This document shows positions 39,346 to 51,294 of a stretch of DNA of 64,000 nucleotides, in pieces (position 1 is the stretch's first letter; every line of letters begins with the position of its first letter). The translations under genes and the position numbers were made by a program. Below the pieces are notes generated by a model. It made no database searches. It saw only the letters and a program-made list of their open reading frames with translations, and was not told the DNA's origin. Source of the DNA: Iphione sp. A-MEVVRFRX5 (lineage: Eukaryota); the NCBI GenBank assembly GCA_976226885.1, contig OZ320313.1, positions 61,318,001-61,382,000 on the forward strand. The letters are read 5' to 3'.

Positions 39346-42300
39346 GTGAGAGTGTGACAATGTCACCACGGGTTTCCTGGGGCTGTGGTACAAGTATTGA
39401 TTATATATGCACATCAACGTATAGTTCCTTGGGTGATTCCTACCGGAGAGCGGGGGGGGAGACATTGTACAGTTTGAGACAACATGCGAAGCAATGAGGA
39501 TTTACGGCAGCTATGTATTGTCTCTCTAGCAGCGTTGGAATTGTTTTGATGGTAATTGGGGCCGTCATTATACTTGAAGCCTCCTGCGATATAAATAACA
39601 GTCACTGCCTATTTCACTGACATAAAACCACGATCATTAGTGCTGAAAAAGTGCAATGGTAATTGGTTGCAGGACAAAAATATGCTGACATGGAGTTCAA
39701 TTTAATGCTGCAACTTTTATTAAAAATAGCCATTTGGCTGTAATGTCAGCAAGATTACAATTCTCATTCTTTGACCTAATTCTCGTAAATAATGGCATTG
39801 CTACGCCAGTTTTATAAGAATAAAAAGCAAGGTGTAATTTGTTTCACCCTTTTAACGTACTACATTAATTAGTGACCTCCTGAATCTGTGGAAATTTTTC
39901 TCTCATATTTGATGCACAGATTTTACACACTTTTCGATATATCTCTAAGCAATTTCATATCGATAAAAGCATGAAACACACATATATATGTCAATGTGTG
40001 TATATCATACACGTATGAATTCCTTAAAGTTTTTCACATTGTAGTGTAGGAGAATCGACTTGGACACATAGCCCTCATATTGAAAGCTTCGACAGGTGTC
40101 TCATTAGAATAGATAGTCTGATTATGCATGAACGAGCCCACAGGGGATTGGACGAATGTGTCAAGTTGGGCAGGGACCTTGGGTGTCAGCATCAAGGACA
40201 AAGGGAGGTGCAGGGTCAAAGTAGGCTAGTGTGTATGATGATGGCGTTTTGTACCTTGAAGTGCACGCCTATTCTGAACACCTCCAAACTGTATCACAAA
40301 GACATCCTCACCTGCCGTCTAGCTACCACAGATGCTTGGCCTCAACTACAGCCTTAAGTCTGAAAAGGTTGATCTCTGTACCCAAGAGCAGATGTCTAAG
40401 AGGCCTTTGATGTTTTAAACCGTGCTATTTTTCAGTTTGTAAGCCGAACGGGCCACTCCCTCTTTTGGGTGTGTGCTATTACCAATAAGCTTCTCACGGA
40501 TAAATCCCGGCTTCTAAGGGTGTCAAGATTCAAAGTCGACCTTTCTCTTGAAAAAAGTAAAGACAATGAGTGCTAAATGATTTCCATATCGATGGAAATA
40601 CTCTCCTCCAATAAAGGTCAAGTCTTCTAACTTCTACTTGCCCCTCTAAGAGTTCATTGATCAGGCATTTTATGAGGTGTGCGTCTTTTGACAAGCGGTC
40701 CTAGGATCCATACATTGCTGGGCCTCACCTACCGCCTCATCCCGAAAACAATTTCCCTTTTTCTTCGTCGGGCGCCCCTTTAAGACGAGGAACGGTCCTC
40801 GCGCTCCAGCAGGAACACGCAATGCACATTTTGACACTTCTGCGTCCATGCGCCGCTCTCTCCAGAGCAAATATTCCTCCAATGGCCGCATAGGCGTTAA
40901 TGTGTTGTTTTAGATGCCTCGATGCTGATTGCTCCTGTACAGACAATTTAGTTTCCAAAAGGAGGCAGTTCCGTAGAGTTCCGTAGACTTTAAATCAAAC
41001 AGAATCAGCGAATATTATTTATTGATGGTGATTTACTTAACTGAAGTATTTAATGAAGTATTATAATATGGGATTTGACAGAGCAACAGTATGCTAGTTG
41101 CAAATACGGTTTCACTTTATGAGAATCTACCAGTCGAAATAAAGTTATAGATATATATCAATTGAAAGCGTACTGAAATGAGTACACTCGCTCTCAATGT
41201 GTGACAGAGGGACCATCAAATGCACTTCACCACCAGGTTACTAGCCATAACATTACCGTTGAGATAATGATTTTGTTTCTTGAAGAGAGGTGTTTGATGT
41301 AGGAGTAATGTACGTGTACCATGGAATTTGCATGTGTACCCCATAGTCCACTCTAACCGCTGGTTTCAACTGCAATTCTCTGTGAATGGTGATAGACATT
41401 GAGATAAAATTGCCCTGTTTGAGATGCTTCGCTGAAGAAGGGCTCGTTGCTCAGTTTCTGCGACTTTTCTATTTCTATTTGTCCATTGGCAATTAGGAAT
41501 CATATGCGCATGTACATAAGACTGTCAGGAATAAAAGCAACCTCGGTGCCACGGAGAACGGACCATAGGAAGCCTTTATGAATACTTTACCTGATGATAT
41601 TCAAACTCCAATGACCTACTCGAACCTCCGATTTCCATTACTATCAAGAGGAGAGTATAGATTGCATTTGATATAAAATATTGGTTTACTGTTCTTTCCC
41701 TAATGTGTTTGCTGCATTCTGATGCCTTGAGGTGGTCATATGTCATATCTCACCGCATTCTTGCTGTTTTATTTATGTATAGAAGAAACTGGGTGGTTCT
41801 GAGCAAAATCGACGGTGATAGCCGTTGATCACGTTGCTGTTGTAAGGCTCGCTGTACCAATTAACTCGGATTTTCATACCAAAATGTATTCGAACATCAT
41901 TTCTAAAAAGAGATATTTTCTCAAAACTTTCCATCAAAACTTGGATGTTCGGCTAATGCTGGATTACAATCTCCAATCTGAACTTATTTCTTTAAAATTA
42001 ACACAAAGCCCAATGCATCTTTACCCATCGTCCAACAAGCAGGTTGTTGGCATTATGATTTTTCGATACATTGTAGCTGTCGGCCACCTTACCGTTACAT
42101 GAACATAACTGAAATATCAATTGTTTCCCACTAAATTGGATTGTGGGTGTAAAGTTCGTGTTAACGATATTTCAGTAAGTGGATCATTCGTGCGCCATTG
42201 AATAGATGCATTTTATCATCAGACTATTCTATGGTTTTCCTAATTAAACCGTCAGATGCCATTGACAATCGTACCTGGTAGAAGCTGGGGAACATCGACT

Positions 42301-45300
42301 GTCTCTTAATTTGTCAAGTCTTGTCTGTCGCGGCTCATTAATAGAACTTATGCATTGCTCCAAGCAAGGTACGTTCTTATTTTGTTTCCCGAGCAATCAT
42401 GCACACAGAAGGGATTGTGCGATGCTGTCGACAAGTTCTCATCATCATATATTGTACTCTGGCTCCCGTTGTTTCTGTTGGCTATATACAGTACGGTAGT
42501 CTTGAATAATTATTCCTAAAGTGTAGGTGTCTATTTCGTCGAAATCACAACTCTGATCGCTGAGCCATAGTTTTTTTTCTCTTCAGTGTTCCTTCAATGC
42601 ATTTCTATTTTTTAAACGGTTCGGGAACGATCGTGAACATGTAGGTCGTACTCGCTGGTGGTGCTCTATAAAGTAAAAATATATTACATAGACACGTCCA
42701 TGTATGTGAGTTTCCGCTTCCGGCACGTAACAAGGAGCCTGATGTGGCACGTTTTATCCCACTCCGTGGTAAAGGTGAAACTCCCGTTCGACATTGTCTC
42801 TGCTCACAGTGTAGATTCCTCTATATTGCCCTTGAGCTATTGTAAGCCTGGTAGTTTTAATATCAGAACTGACTGTATGATGCTGGTTAGGCGATTCTCT
42901 GTCTAATTTACTTGCTGTTGGTGTGGTGCGCCTACGAATGACGAGGCTTACTGTGTTGTGTAGCTTATTACCCAGTAAAATTCTTTGTTCTTTCATTGCA
43001 CCAGACCAGCAAGTTACACAGGGGAAGTGTTTCCTCAGAAAGACTAATATGTGTTAATTAAGGCAAGGATACGGAAGTGCAAAGTCAAAAGATAATCAAT
43101 GGGGAAGAGTCTTTGTTGCTTTTCTGGCTTCATGTTAGCAGTTATATTTCACTACAAATGATTTACGATCATACGGTATAGGACTGTGTGATATCAACAT
43201 GTTAGAAGCCGTCACCCCGTGCCACAAGAGCTTTTGTTTTCGCTAGGAGAGACCTAATTAGGGCCCATGTATATCAAGTGTAGTCTGCTGCATAATAGGC
43301 TGTATACGATGGACGTGTTCGTATCTCGTGCATTGGCGTCTGTATGACAGCGATATATGGTCCCTATGTAGGAGGGTTAACAGTATTGTCAATACTCAAG
43401 GAGTGCGAGTTAGGCGGCTAGGTGGTGTGCTCAATCAATGTCCCAGCCGTTTAAGTGCCTGGGCCATCCCACTCCCGCCCCAGTTGGCGGGCAGCTAATC
43501 CATATTGTGCGTACAATAGCACGCAGTTAGCACTTTAGAAAAATCCTCCACCGCCTCCCTCTTCCCTGCTGTACCAACACCACCCCCCTACTCATCCTGG
43601 CCTCTTCATCCCATTTCTTGTCTGTAACGCCAGATGTCCTGTAATATAACGACCATGTACACGCTCGCCGTGCGCATGACTAGTCTTAAAAAATAGGAAA
43701 GCAGTCGTACAGACGGGTCACAGTGGCGAGACATTCTAATTTTATTGTGCATATCAATGGAATGAAAGGAAAACATTTCTGTGGTATAGTTTATACGGCC
43801 TTCATTGAGGTACGTGTTGTCGCAAGTCTTTCAGGGGTCTGTGTGATAGGAATGTCGTTTTTTTATTATCCTACTGTATTTTATTTAACAAATAAAAACG
43901 TTCCAAAGAAAACCATTCACTATACGTATGACGTTCATCATATTCAACATTCAGTTGATATTCAAGAGTTTCAATAGAATGACTCAGTTCATTGTTGAAA
44001 AGCATAATTCAGAGCAGGTTCAGAGAAAATATATAAAACGAGAAGGATTACTCCAGGATTAAGTTATCACTATATTAATACAAATGGATCACGTTGTCTG
44101 GTTAAATTGTTTATTTGACAGACGGCGGAATTTCAGCAACTTTCATCAGCAGTGTGCGTCATCTGTTTAGCACCTTGAAGGCAGACATGGACACTAAGTA
44201 GGCTTTTCTCAATTTCAGTCCAATCAACAAAGCTGTATTTTATACACCACTTTGTATTTCCGACATCCATATGGACGTGATGATGAACACATTCATGAAA
44301 ATGGTACATATTAATCTATGAACCCTTCATGACAAACGATATTACAGAAATTACGTCCGTCGAGGTTTAAGGAAGACGAAGCATAGATCATTTTGTGCTC
44401 TGATGGCCTTTGTTAAAACCTCACAACATGGCCGCTAGGGAGGGCGCTATGGGCTGAATAGACCCTTCTTTGTAGTAGAACGGCCTTCCAACTTCCGGTT
44501 CCCCTTTTTCGCTCTACCCAAAGCAGGCTAGATGCTATAACATGGCAGGCAAAAAAATAGTGCCAGCGATGGCTTGGGAGGTATGGCCGAACTGGCCGGA
44601 GGGTAAATATTACGCTGACCAACAGTAGGAGTTCCTATATGGTGTGTCTACTTAGTCTGAAGGACCAGACGGAGCCCGTCTTGAGGCAAGCTGAGCGAGC
44701 AGCGAGTTCGTGGTACCTTATGTCCATGGGCCGTGCGTCAGGAATGTATTGTCTTCAGTTGGATTGATTGCGGCAAAAAACCAATAACGCCTAAAAAATG
44801 ATTCACACAGAAAGAAAGTGTTTTATATGCATGCATACATTGACATATTATTATATAATTTATCGAAAAAGTAATACAAATAGAGTAGAACGTATCATAT
44901 AATAATATTATTGACTACACATAGGTTCCTCTGGATACCTAGAAAAGGTAAGGGCTATCAATTATATATGAATACAATGTCATGAATGAAGTAATATCAC
45001 TCAGCATTGAGACGAATGTAAAGTCCTAAATGCGTCCGGTAGTATTACTGTATAATGGCAGCTCAAAAGCGGTCAGTTCAACATCGTTGGTAGCAACATC
45101 CCCTTCCTACAACCACCCACTCAGTCACACCTGAATTATCACATTTACCGGTTAATTGGGCCTGGTTGTGTTGACCGTATGGCGGCAGGAGAGCACTTCA
45201 AGAGAGGCCCAAACCAACATCAGGTTGCGGCCAGTGAGCAACTCTTTCAATGAATGGATTGCGCCGAGATGGACAGGAGAACGACTCAACAAACAGAGGT

Positions 45301-45469
45301 AAGAAAGGAGCATGTCCCATGATAGCAAGCTTACACGAGAATCGGGAACGGAAGGAAAAGCATGAGTATACAAAAAGGGGGAGAGACAACGAACAAGGAG
45401 CAGGGAACCAAGTGAGACGGAAGTGAGAGAGAGAGAAATAAAGAAGATGAAGTGATAGAGAGAGACAGG

Positions 45470-45543
45470 AGAGGCGAGAGAAACGGTGAGCGAAAAATTC
45501 ACAGAAGAGGCGAGAGAAACGGTGAGCAAAAAATATTCATAGA
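45470..45543. repeat. Two-copy 36-bp tandem repeat in a purine-rich tract
   Basis: AGAGGCGAGAGAAACGGTGAGC occurs at 45470 and 45506. Confidence 0.85.
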
Positions 45544-48500
45544 CTAAAGGAAAGTTTAAAAGAACGAAAAGCATGGGAAAGCAGTTAACTCGCAGTAGGA
45601 GGGTATAATGTGACGGTGAGACTCCAGAGCATAGCGGACGTAGTGTTACAGTGAACTAATTGCAGATACTTTGACATGTACAATATCCAAAAGAGAGGCC
45701 CATTTGTCTCTTTAATTATCCTAGTTTTGATTTATTATCTGTCGCTTTAAATATGTTTTCAGACCATTATATCTAACCTAGAGAGTGCCTTCAATAATAT
45801 ATCATTGTGAAACTATTCTCCCGCTTTTAGACACATGGCAGTCAGCTTCTGATATTGCATGGCCCGAGGGACATTGTAAGCCAAGCTGAGCAAGGAAATA
45901 ACAATTACTGCGAAGGGCTATAAAATTTCGTATGGCCCCACAGTCTTGTAAAACCACGTCCACACAATCCAACCATTTAAAGCAAAAAGATCGTTAAAAA
46001 GCAAGGTTATTTCTAATTTTGATCAGTTTTCCTTTTATAACCAATCCGATGTCAGTGTTTGTTAATTGCTTTTCTTTAAATAGTTTCGCCATTCCAGAGA
46101 TGTTCAGATTCCAGAGCTGTTCTTTGCTGCTTCATTGTCTGATTTTTTAAAGATAAGATTCATATGTGATCTTTTGCTGTCTGAGTATTTTTCTTAAATA
46201 CCTTCGGTGTTTCTTCGATATTCCTGCCCTTAGCAAGAGGACGTAGCCGGCTTGACACATGTCTCCTAGCTGCAATTTAGAGGGTTTACCCTTCAGCACG
46301 ACGCTGAATAAAAGTTATTTAATGACAACGTTCTGAGACTCAACATCCATTGTTCCAGTATCTCGAGCTCATGCATCAGTTGTTGCTGGTTTCCTGTCAG
46401 ACATATCCTCGAAGACACCGGATTATTACTTATAAGGATGCTTCAGACTGTCTGTCAACCATTTCTTGGAAACCCTACTCAAGTTAGGTACGACTATAAT
46501 GTTAATAGAGCCCAACTTAAGCTGGGTAGACGCAATAATTTGGTTTTTCAGTCATCTATCTGAAGTTCGATGCAAGGTCCTAGATAGAGGATAAAATATG
46601 GCTACAACGACTTGGAGAAATCGAAGCAACTTCAGATTTCCATTTGCTGGTAGCTGTTGTTTGCTTCATTTTATCGTTTCTGAGATAGTTGCCACACATT
46701 CGTTTTCAGACCCATTGTTCTATTCAGTCGGGTGAATAAAACTGAAGTTTACGGTCTATGTGTTTGTTCCGGCCTTAGCATTGGGCAACAATATTCAGGC
46801 CCGGCCTTTTCATCCCTGATACAAATTGATGTCACTATTATGTCTGGCTAATAGCAATAATGATCTCATTTTCTCTTGTCGGCCTTGGGAGGTGCTGGTC
46901 TTGAATTATTCACAAGAGCTTATAACGGTGCCAGGGACTACAAATCTGACTTTAAGTGATAGGAAAACACCCATTGGTCCTAGTTTGTAGACAGACCAGT
47001 GGAGGATGACTGTATTCACCTAGGGCCAGGGGTTTGGAAAAGTCATTTAATGCACCCATATCCAAGAGTGGCGCTACGTATTGATGGTTACCTACCTAGC
47101 AGGCATCAGAACCGAAGAACTATTATGTTCGGATTCAGTTCGTGTGAATTTCCATCAGTATCCCATCAGGGGGGAAAGCCAGGGGACATCACAGTTGAAA
47201 GGATGTTCTCTGAACCAAACGGTACATTTATTAGGAATGTGACATCAAAGTTTCCACAAATGTGGGCGCGGGTTCTGCGCGACTAATGGGTGAAAAAAGA
47301 CAATGTTTGCTTCGTTTGGTTAAAGATTTATTACGCTTCATGACGAGCGTCCGCGAGATTTCCAACTATGCCCATGGGACCAAATGCAAGGGCATTACTG
47401 CTGTTTCCATGACTTCACGACCGATGGTGTGCTAATAAATGAAAGGTCATGAATAGCTTATTTATATCTTGCATTATTTATACTTTTCCATTTTATCTCT
47501 CGCCGTCCTTCGGATTAGGGTCTCCATTGATTTTATAATGACATAAAATTTCGAAAAGCTAGGAGCTAAGCCCTTGAATTTTTATACGCAACCAACGAAT
47601 TTGTATCTTTTTCTCTGAAGATGAATCGTATGGCCTTTTAAAAGTCACGAAATATTTTCCTTTGAAAGCATGTTACTGCTTACTGAGAGCGGCGCTGGTA
47701 CGCGTGCTGCTGCTTCAGTGAGAGGTTCTACAGGACATTATGCTGAACCCTTAATTTCCTCATGCAAAGATATATGATTCCTGAGATCTGTTGTTTTTAC
47801 AAACAGGTAACCACGTGGACTGTTGTCGGTAAGGGTGCATACTTATATGAAAAGAATTGGACTTTCGTTAGGAAAACATGGACCTACAGTGCATTTTGGC
47901 ATCTGACTTACTTTGAGACTAATCTTTTCACTAAAAGCCATATATAAGCATCATTTCCAAAGATAGTTGCTTCGTCACCATAATAAGCTATACCTAGGAG
48001 TGTCAAAATGCCCCGAAAACCTGCCATGATATTATTTATCCTATTTGATGTTACTCGTTATTGGCTGGTGAAGTTTATTATAAAAGCAGATCTTGGATTT
48101 TATGTAAGAACTCGGGATCTGAATGCTTAAAATCTGGAAATTAGCTGTCACCAATATGATTTCTTTGAAAAGAAATGATTCGATATAACAAAACAAGTTA
48201 ATGTTTGAGAGAAACTCCAGGAAGCTGTAGACATCATTCGGTATTGAAGCCCTGACTGTTAAAGTACTGATAATTGAGACAGATTCAAGCCTTAATATCT
48301 GCACATTTCAAATCTGGCATTCCTTGACTCCAAATGAATACTAATGGTATTAAATAGCGATTTATTATTGAAATGTTACAATATCTTAATTCCCTCGTCT
48401 TCCAAACTAAGGTATGTGAAATAGCTACCACTAGTATATCTAATAAATATCTAATTATAGACTTAAATAGACAGGGAGAAAACTTGCACAGCTGGAAATT

Positions 48501-48729
48501 AATGCATGACGGTACCTTCCAGCACCGCTCAATTCACATATGGTCGCTTTCTTTGCCTTTATAGCCCAAACCTTAAGTTATATCATAATTGCATGCATGT
48601 GCTAGTTAAAGCTTTCCTATGGCACATGTACTTGTGAATATAGACATGTATATATATGCTATGTTGCTAGGATGCAAGTTACATGGCAATATTACGACAT
48701 ATATACATATAATAATTATATTAGATATA

Positions 48730-49354
48730 CAGAGGAGAGTCAAAAACTGAACACTCGAAATCCAAATTTCCCCAAATCCAAACGATATTTTTGGGAATGA
48801 ACCATTTTCCTGCATTTAGACACCCAAATATCCAAAATATTCAAATTCCGAAACCGAACAATGTTAGTTGCTTAAAATTAATTAAATCTATTCTCAAAAA
48901 ACAAACTATGCATACCTATAAAATTAAATAAATCATATCATGAATTCTCATCAAACTGTAGTGAACTTGGGAGAGAATGGCCGGGCCAACAGGTGTCGAC
49001 CAAGGTGCGAGCTCATCAAAAGGTTGTGTCTACCTTTGATTTTAACGAACTTGGAGGAGAGCTACCTGGCTCGCCATCAGCTCGCCATGCATTTCCCTTT
49101 GATTTATACAAAGCATTCAGTTTTCAAATGGCAGTGAACACGGGGGAACACAGGAGAGCAACCGGGCTCATTGTCAGCTCGCTAAGGTGTGAGTAGACCT
49201 GCCTTTGATTTATAACCAACTTAGGTTTAGAGTAGATCACAATCATGATATGGTTTTTTTTTATTTTTGTAGGTACTATTTGAAATCCGAAATTATCCCA
49301 AAACCGAACGATTTTGGCGGAAATGGCGATCGTTCGGTTTTGGAATTCTCTCTG
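48730..49354. mobile_element. Non-autonomous pogo/Tc1-mariner-like element of about 625 bp with subterminal motif repeats
   Basis: TA on both flanks (48728-29, 49355-56). TATACAGAGGAGAGTCAAAAACTGAAC matches the reverse complement of the right end, TATACAGAGAGAATTCCAAAACCGAAC, at 21/27 including flanks. There is a perfect 15-bp inverted repeat at 49298-49312/49329-49343, and related CCRAAWCCRAACRAT copies in the left arm. Confidence 0.65.
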
Positions 49355-49862
49355 TATAAACATTTGTATATATGTGGGCACATCCAGATACACCACCATC
49401 TGTGAAACCACCGGTGGTCTCTAGGATTTATGAAACCCAAACTCTTTGCTTACATTGTACTCACTGTTCACTTTCCACCCAAGGAAAGACTTAAAAAGCA
49501 CTTGACGAATGGTGGATGAAACCTAGGATACTCGGAATAGAAGAAAGCTTACTTGAGGCCGTTTGATATGTAGTAAAAATAAAAGAAATCGTGTCCTTTT
49601 TCACAATAAAAGAAGTTATGTCTGAACTACTATTGCTGCGTAGAAAGTGCTGTAATAGTTTTTAATTGTATCGATTGTAGAGCATGCGCCTTTTTACCAA
49701 GAGAGAGGAGGTAAGACAAAGAGGAGGGGAAACAGATTAAGTCCAATAGGACATGTCCAATGAGATAAAAATATTATGGCACCAACAAAAAATTAAGGTC
49801 AATAGGATGTGGTAGAAGTTAAACGAGCAGATGTAGGTTGAATGATGCTATGCAGGCGCTCT

Positions 49863-49879
49863 CTGCGCCCTCTGGTGTC
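49863..49879 (-). promoter_or_regulatory. CTCF-like site
   Basis: The minus strand reads GACACCAGAGGGCGCAG, 13/14 to the core CCACCAGAGGGCGC. It lies at the edge of a CpG-rich patch. Confidence 0.4.
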
Positions 49880-51084
49880 ATCTCGCGATGGCCGCATGAA
49901 ACAATGCAGCTGGTACCCAGGCACGCGGCCGCCTGGGAGCGGGGTGGGTGGCAGTGCGCCGGCAACCAGCGGCTGACGACCCCGGGGCCTTTGCTCCTGG
50001 ACTGTCGTAATGCAGATTCATCCTCCCCGGCGGAGAAGGGTAGGACGGGAGCGAGGGGAGAGGTCGCTTGGTGGAGGGCCACACATCACCCGGCCCGCCA
50101 CGGTGATCTATGAAGTCCGCTATTGGGTCTAGTTTACGCTGGTTGCTGGTCACGTCTCTTAGTAGTCAAGGCAGCAACCTGACCTGTAAAGCCAATGACA
50201 TCTCCCATTATTGCTTCTCCCTCAATTAACTGTATCCGTACTTTTCCTACCTCTCCCTACCAGCTCTATGCCGAGGTTTTCTTTCATAGTGTATTCCAAA
50301 TGAAGTATGTACAATACTGGATGGCTGCACTTTTGCATCCTCATTCGCGTGATACAATTTTCCAGTATATGTATGTTTATTATCCTTTCCCGACCCTTTA
50401 GCGATCCATTATGAGGAACATCTGGCACTGTTCAGAAATACATCTTTCCCATATTGCTCCTTCGGTAACGAAATAAGCGATGCTTATGCAACAATCCCTA
50501 TGCACCTTTTTCATCCTTTCGTCTTGATTCTTATCCGATTACATTGTCTCTGTTATTGATATATAATCTGTCATATGATACATAAAACCGTTCAGAAAGG
50601 TCTTCTAATCTGATGGCCAATGAATAGACATGCAAAGTGCTCACCATTTTTGTCACCGAACCTACTATGTTAATAGATGGACATCCTTTCTTCGTATTTC
50701 CGTCCCACCTCCGTCTCGTTCCTAGATGAAACTGAGTGATACCACATGTACTGCCTGCTGCATAAATAAGATTAAAATGAAAACTTTCAGTTCACAGTGC
50801 TGACCAAGATATACCATGTAGTTCTAATCAATCGAGAAAGGAAAACTCCGCTTCGTACTTTCGGATGACATCAGAGTCATGTCCATGTTACTACTCAGTT
50901 AGTACCGAAGGTCAAACATGATGTGCTAAGGTGGCTTCCCAAGAGGACAACAATCTGAACATGCTGGTCGCGCGTTCCTCGTTAAAACTAAACCACCCAT
51001 GGTTAGTGATAAGACAAGAGACCTGCGGTTGTGACCCTCCTTCACATATCCTCTCGCCACACTCAATTGGGCAAATGTTCTTAG

Positions 51085-51294
51085 GATTTGGACGCACTTT
51101 GCGTGTCCTGCCCTGAATCAGTTTCTCTTGATGTGGTTCTTGGTACCCCTTCTGGTAAGTGTGCAATGCTTACTCTATCTCTCAAACTTACTCCGGCCTC
51201 TCTCTCACTTCACTCTCCAATCGATTCCTGCCTGTACAATATCTGCATCATAGAGATTGCCTGTGGACTGTGCGTTGAATACCAGAGAACATAA
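51085..51294 (+). CDS. Candidate two-exon fragment (51085-51154, 51254-51294) with CxxC...CxxC
   Basis: AG acceptor at 51083-84, donor G|GTAAGT at 51155, a 99-nt pyrimidine-rich intron and acceptor TAG at 51253. Spliced product DLDALCVSCPESVSLDVVLGTPSEIACGLCVEYQRT*. Confidence 0.2.
   Translation, partial: DLDALCVSCPESVSLDVVLGTPSGKCAMLTLSLKLTPASLSLHSPIDSCLYNICIIEIACGLCVEYQRT

Noticed and set aside
44430-44450. CTCF-like CCGCTAGGGAGGGCGCTA
   Set aside because: It needs a 2-nt insertion in the core to fit the consensus.
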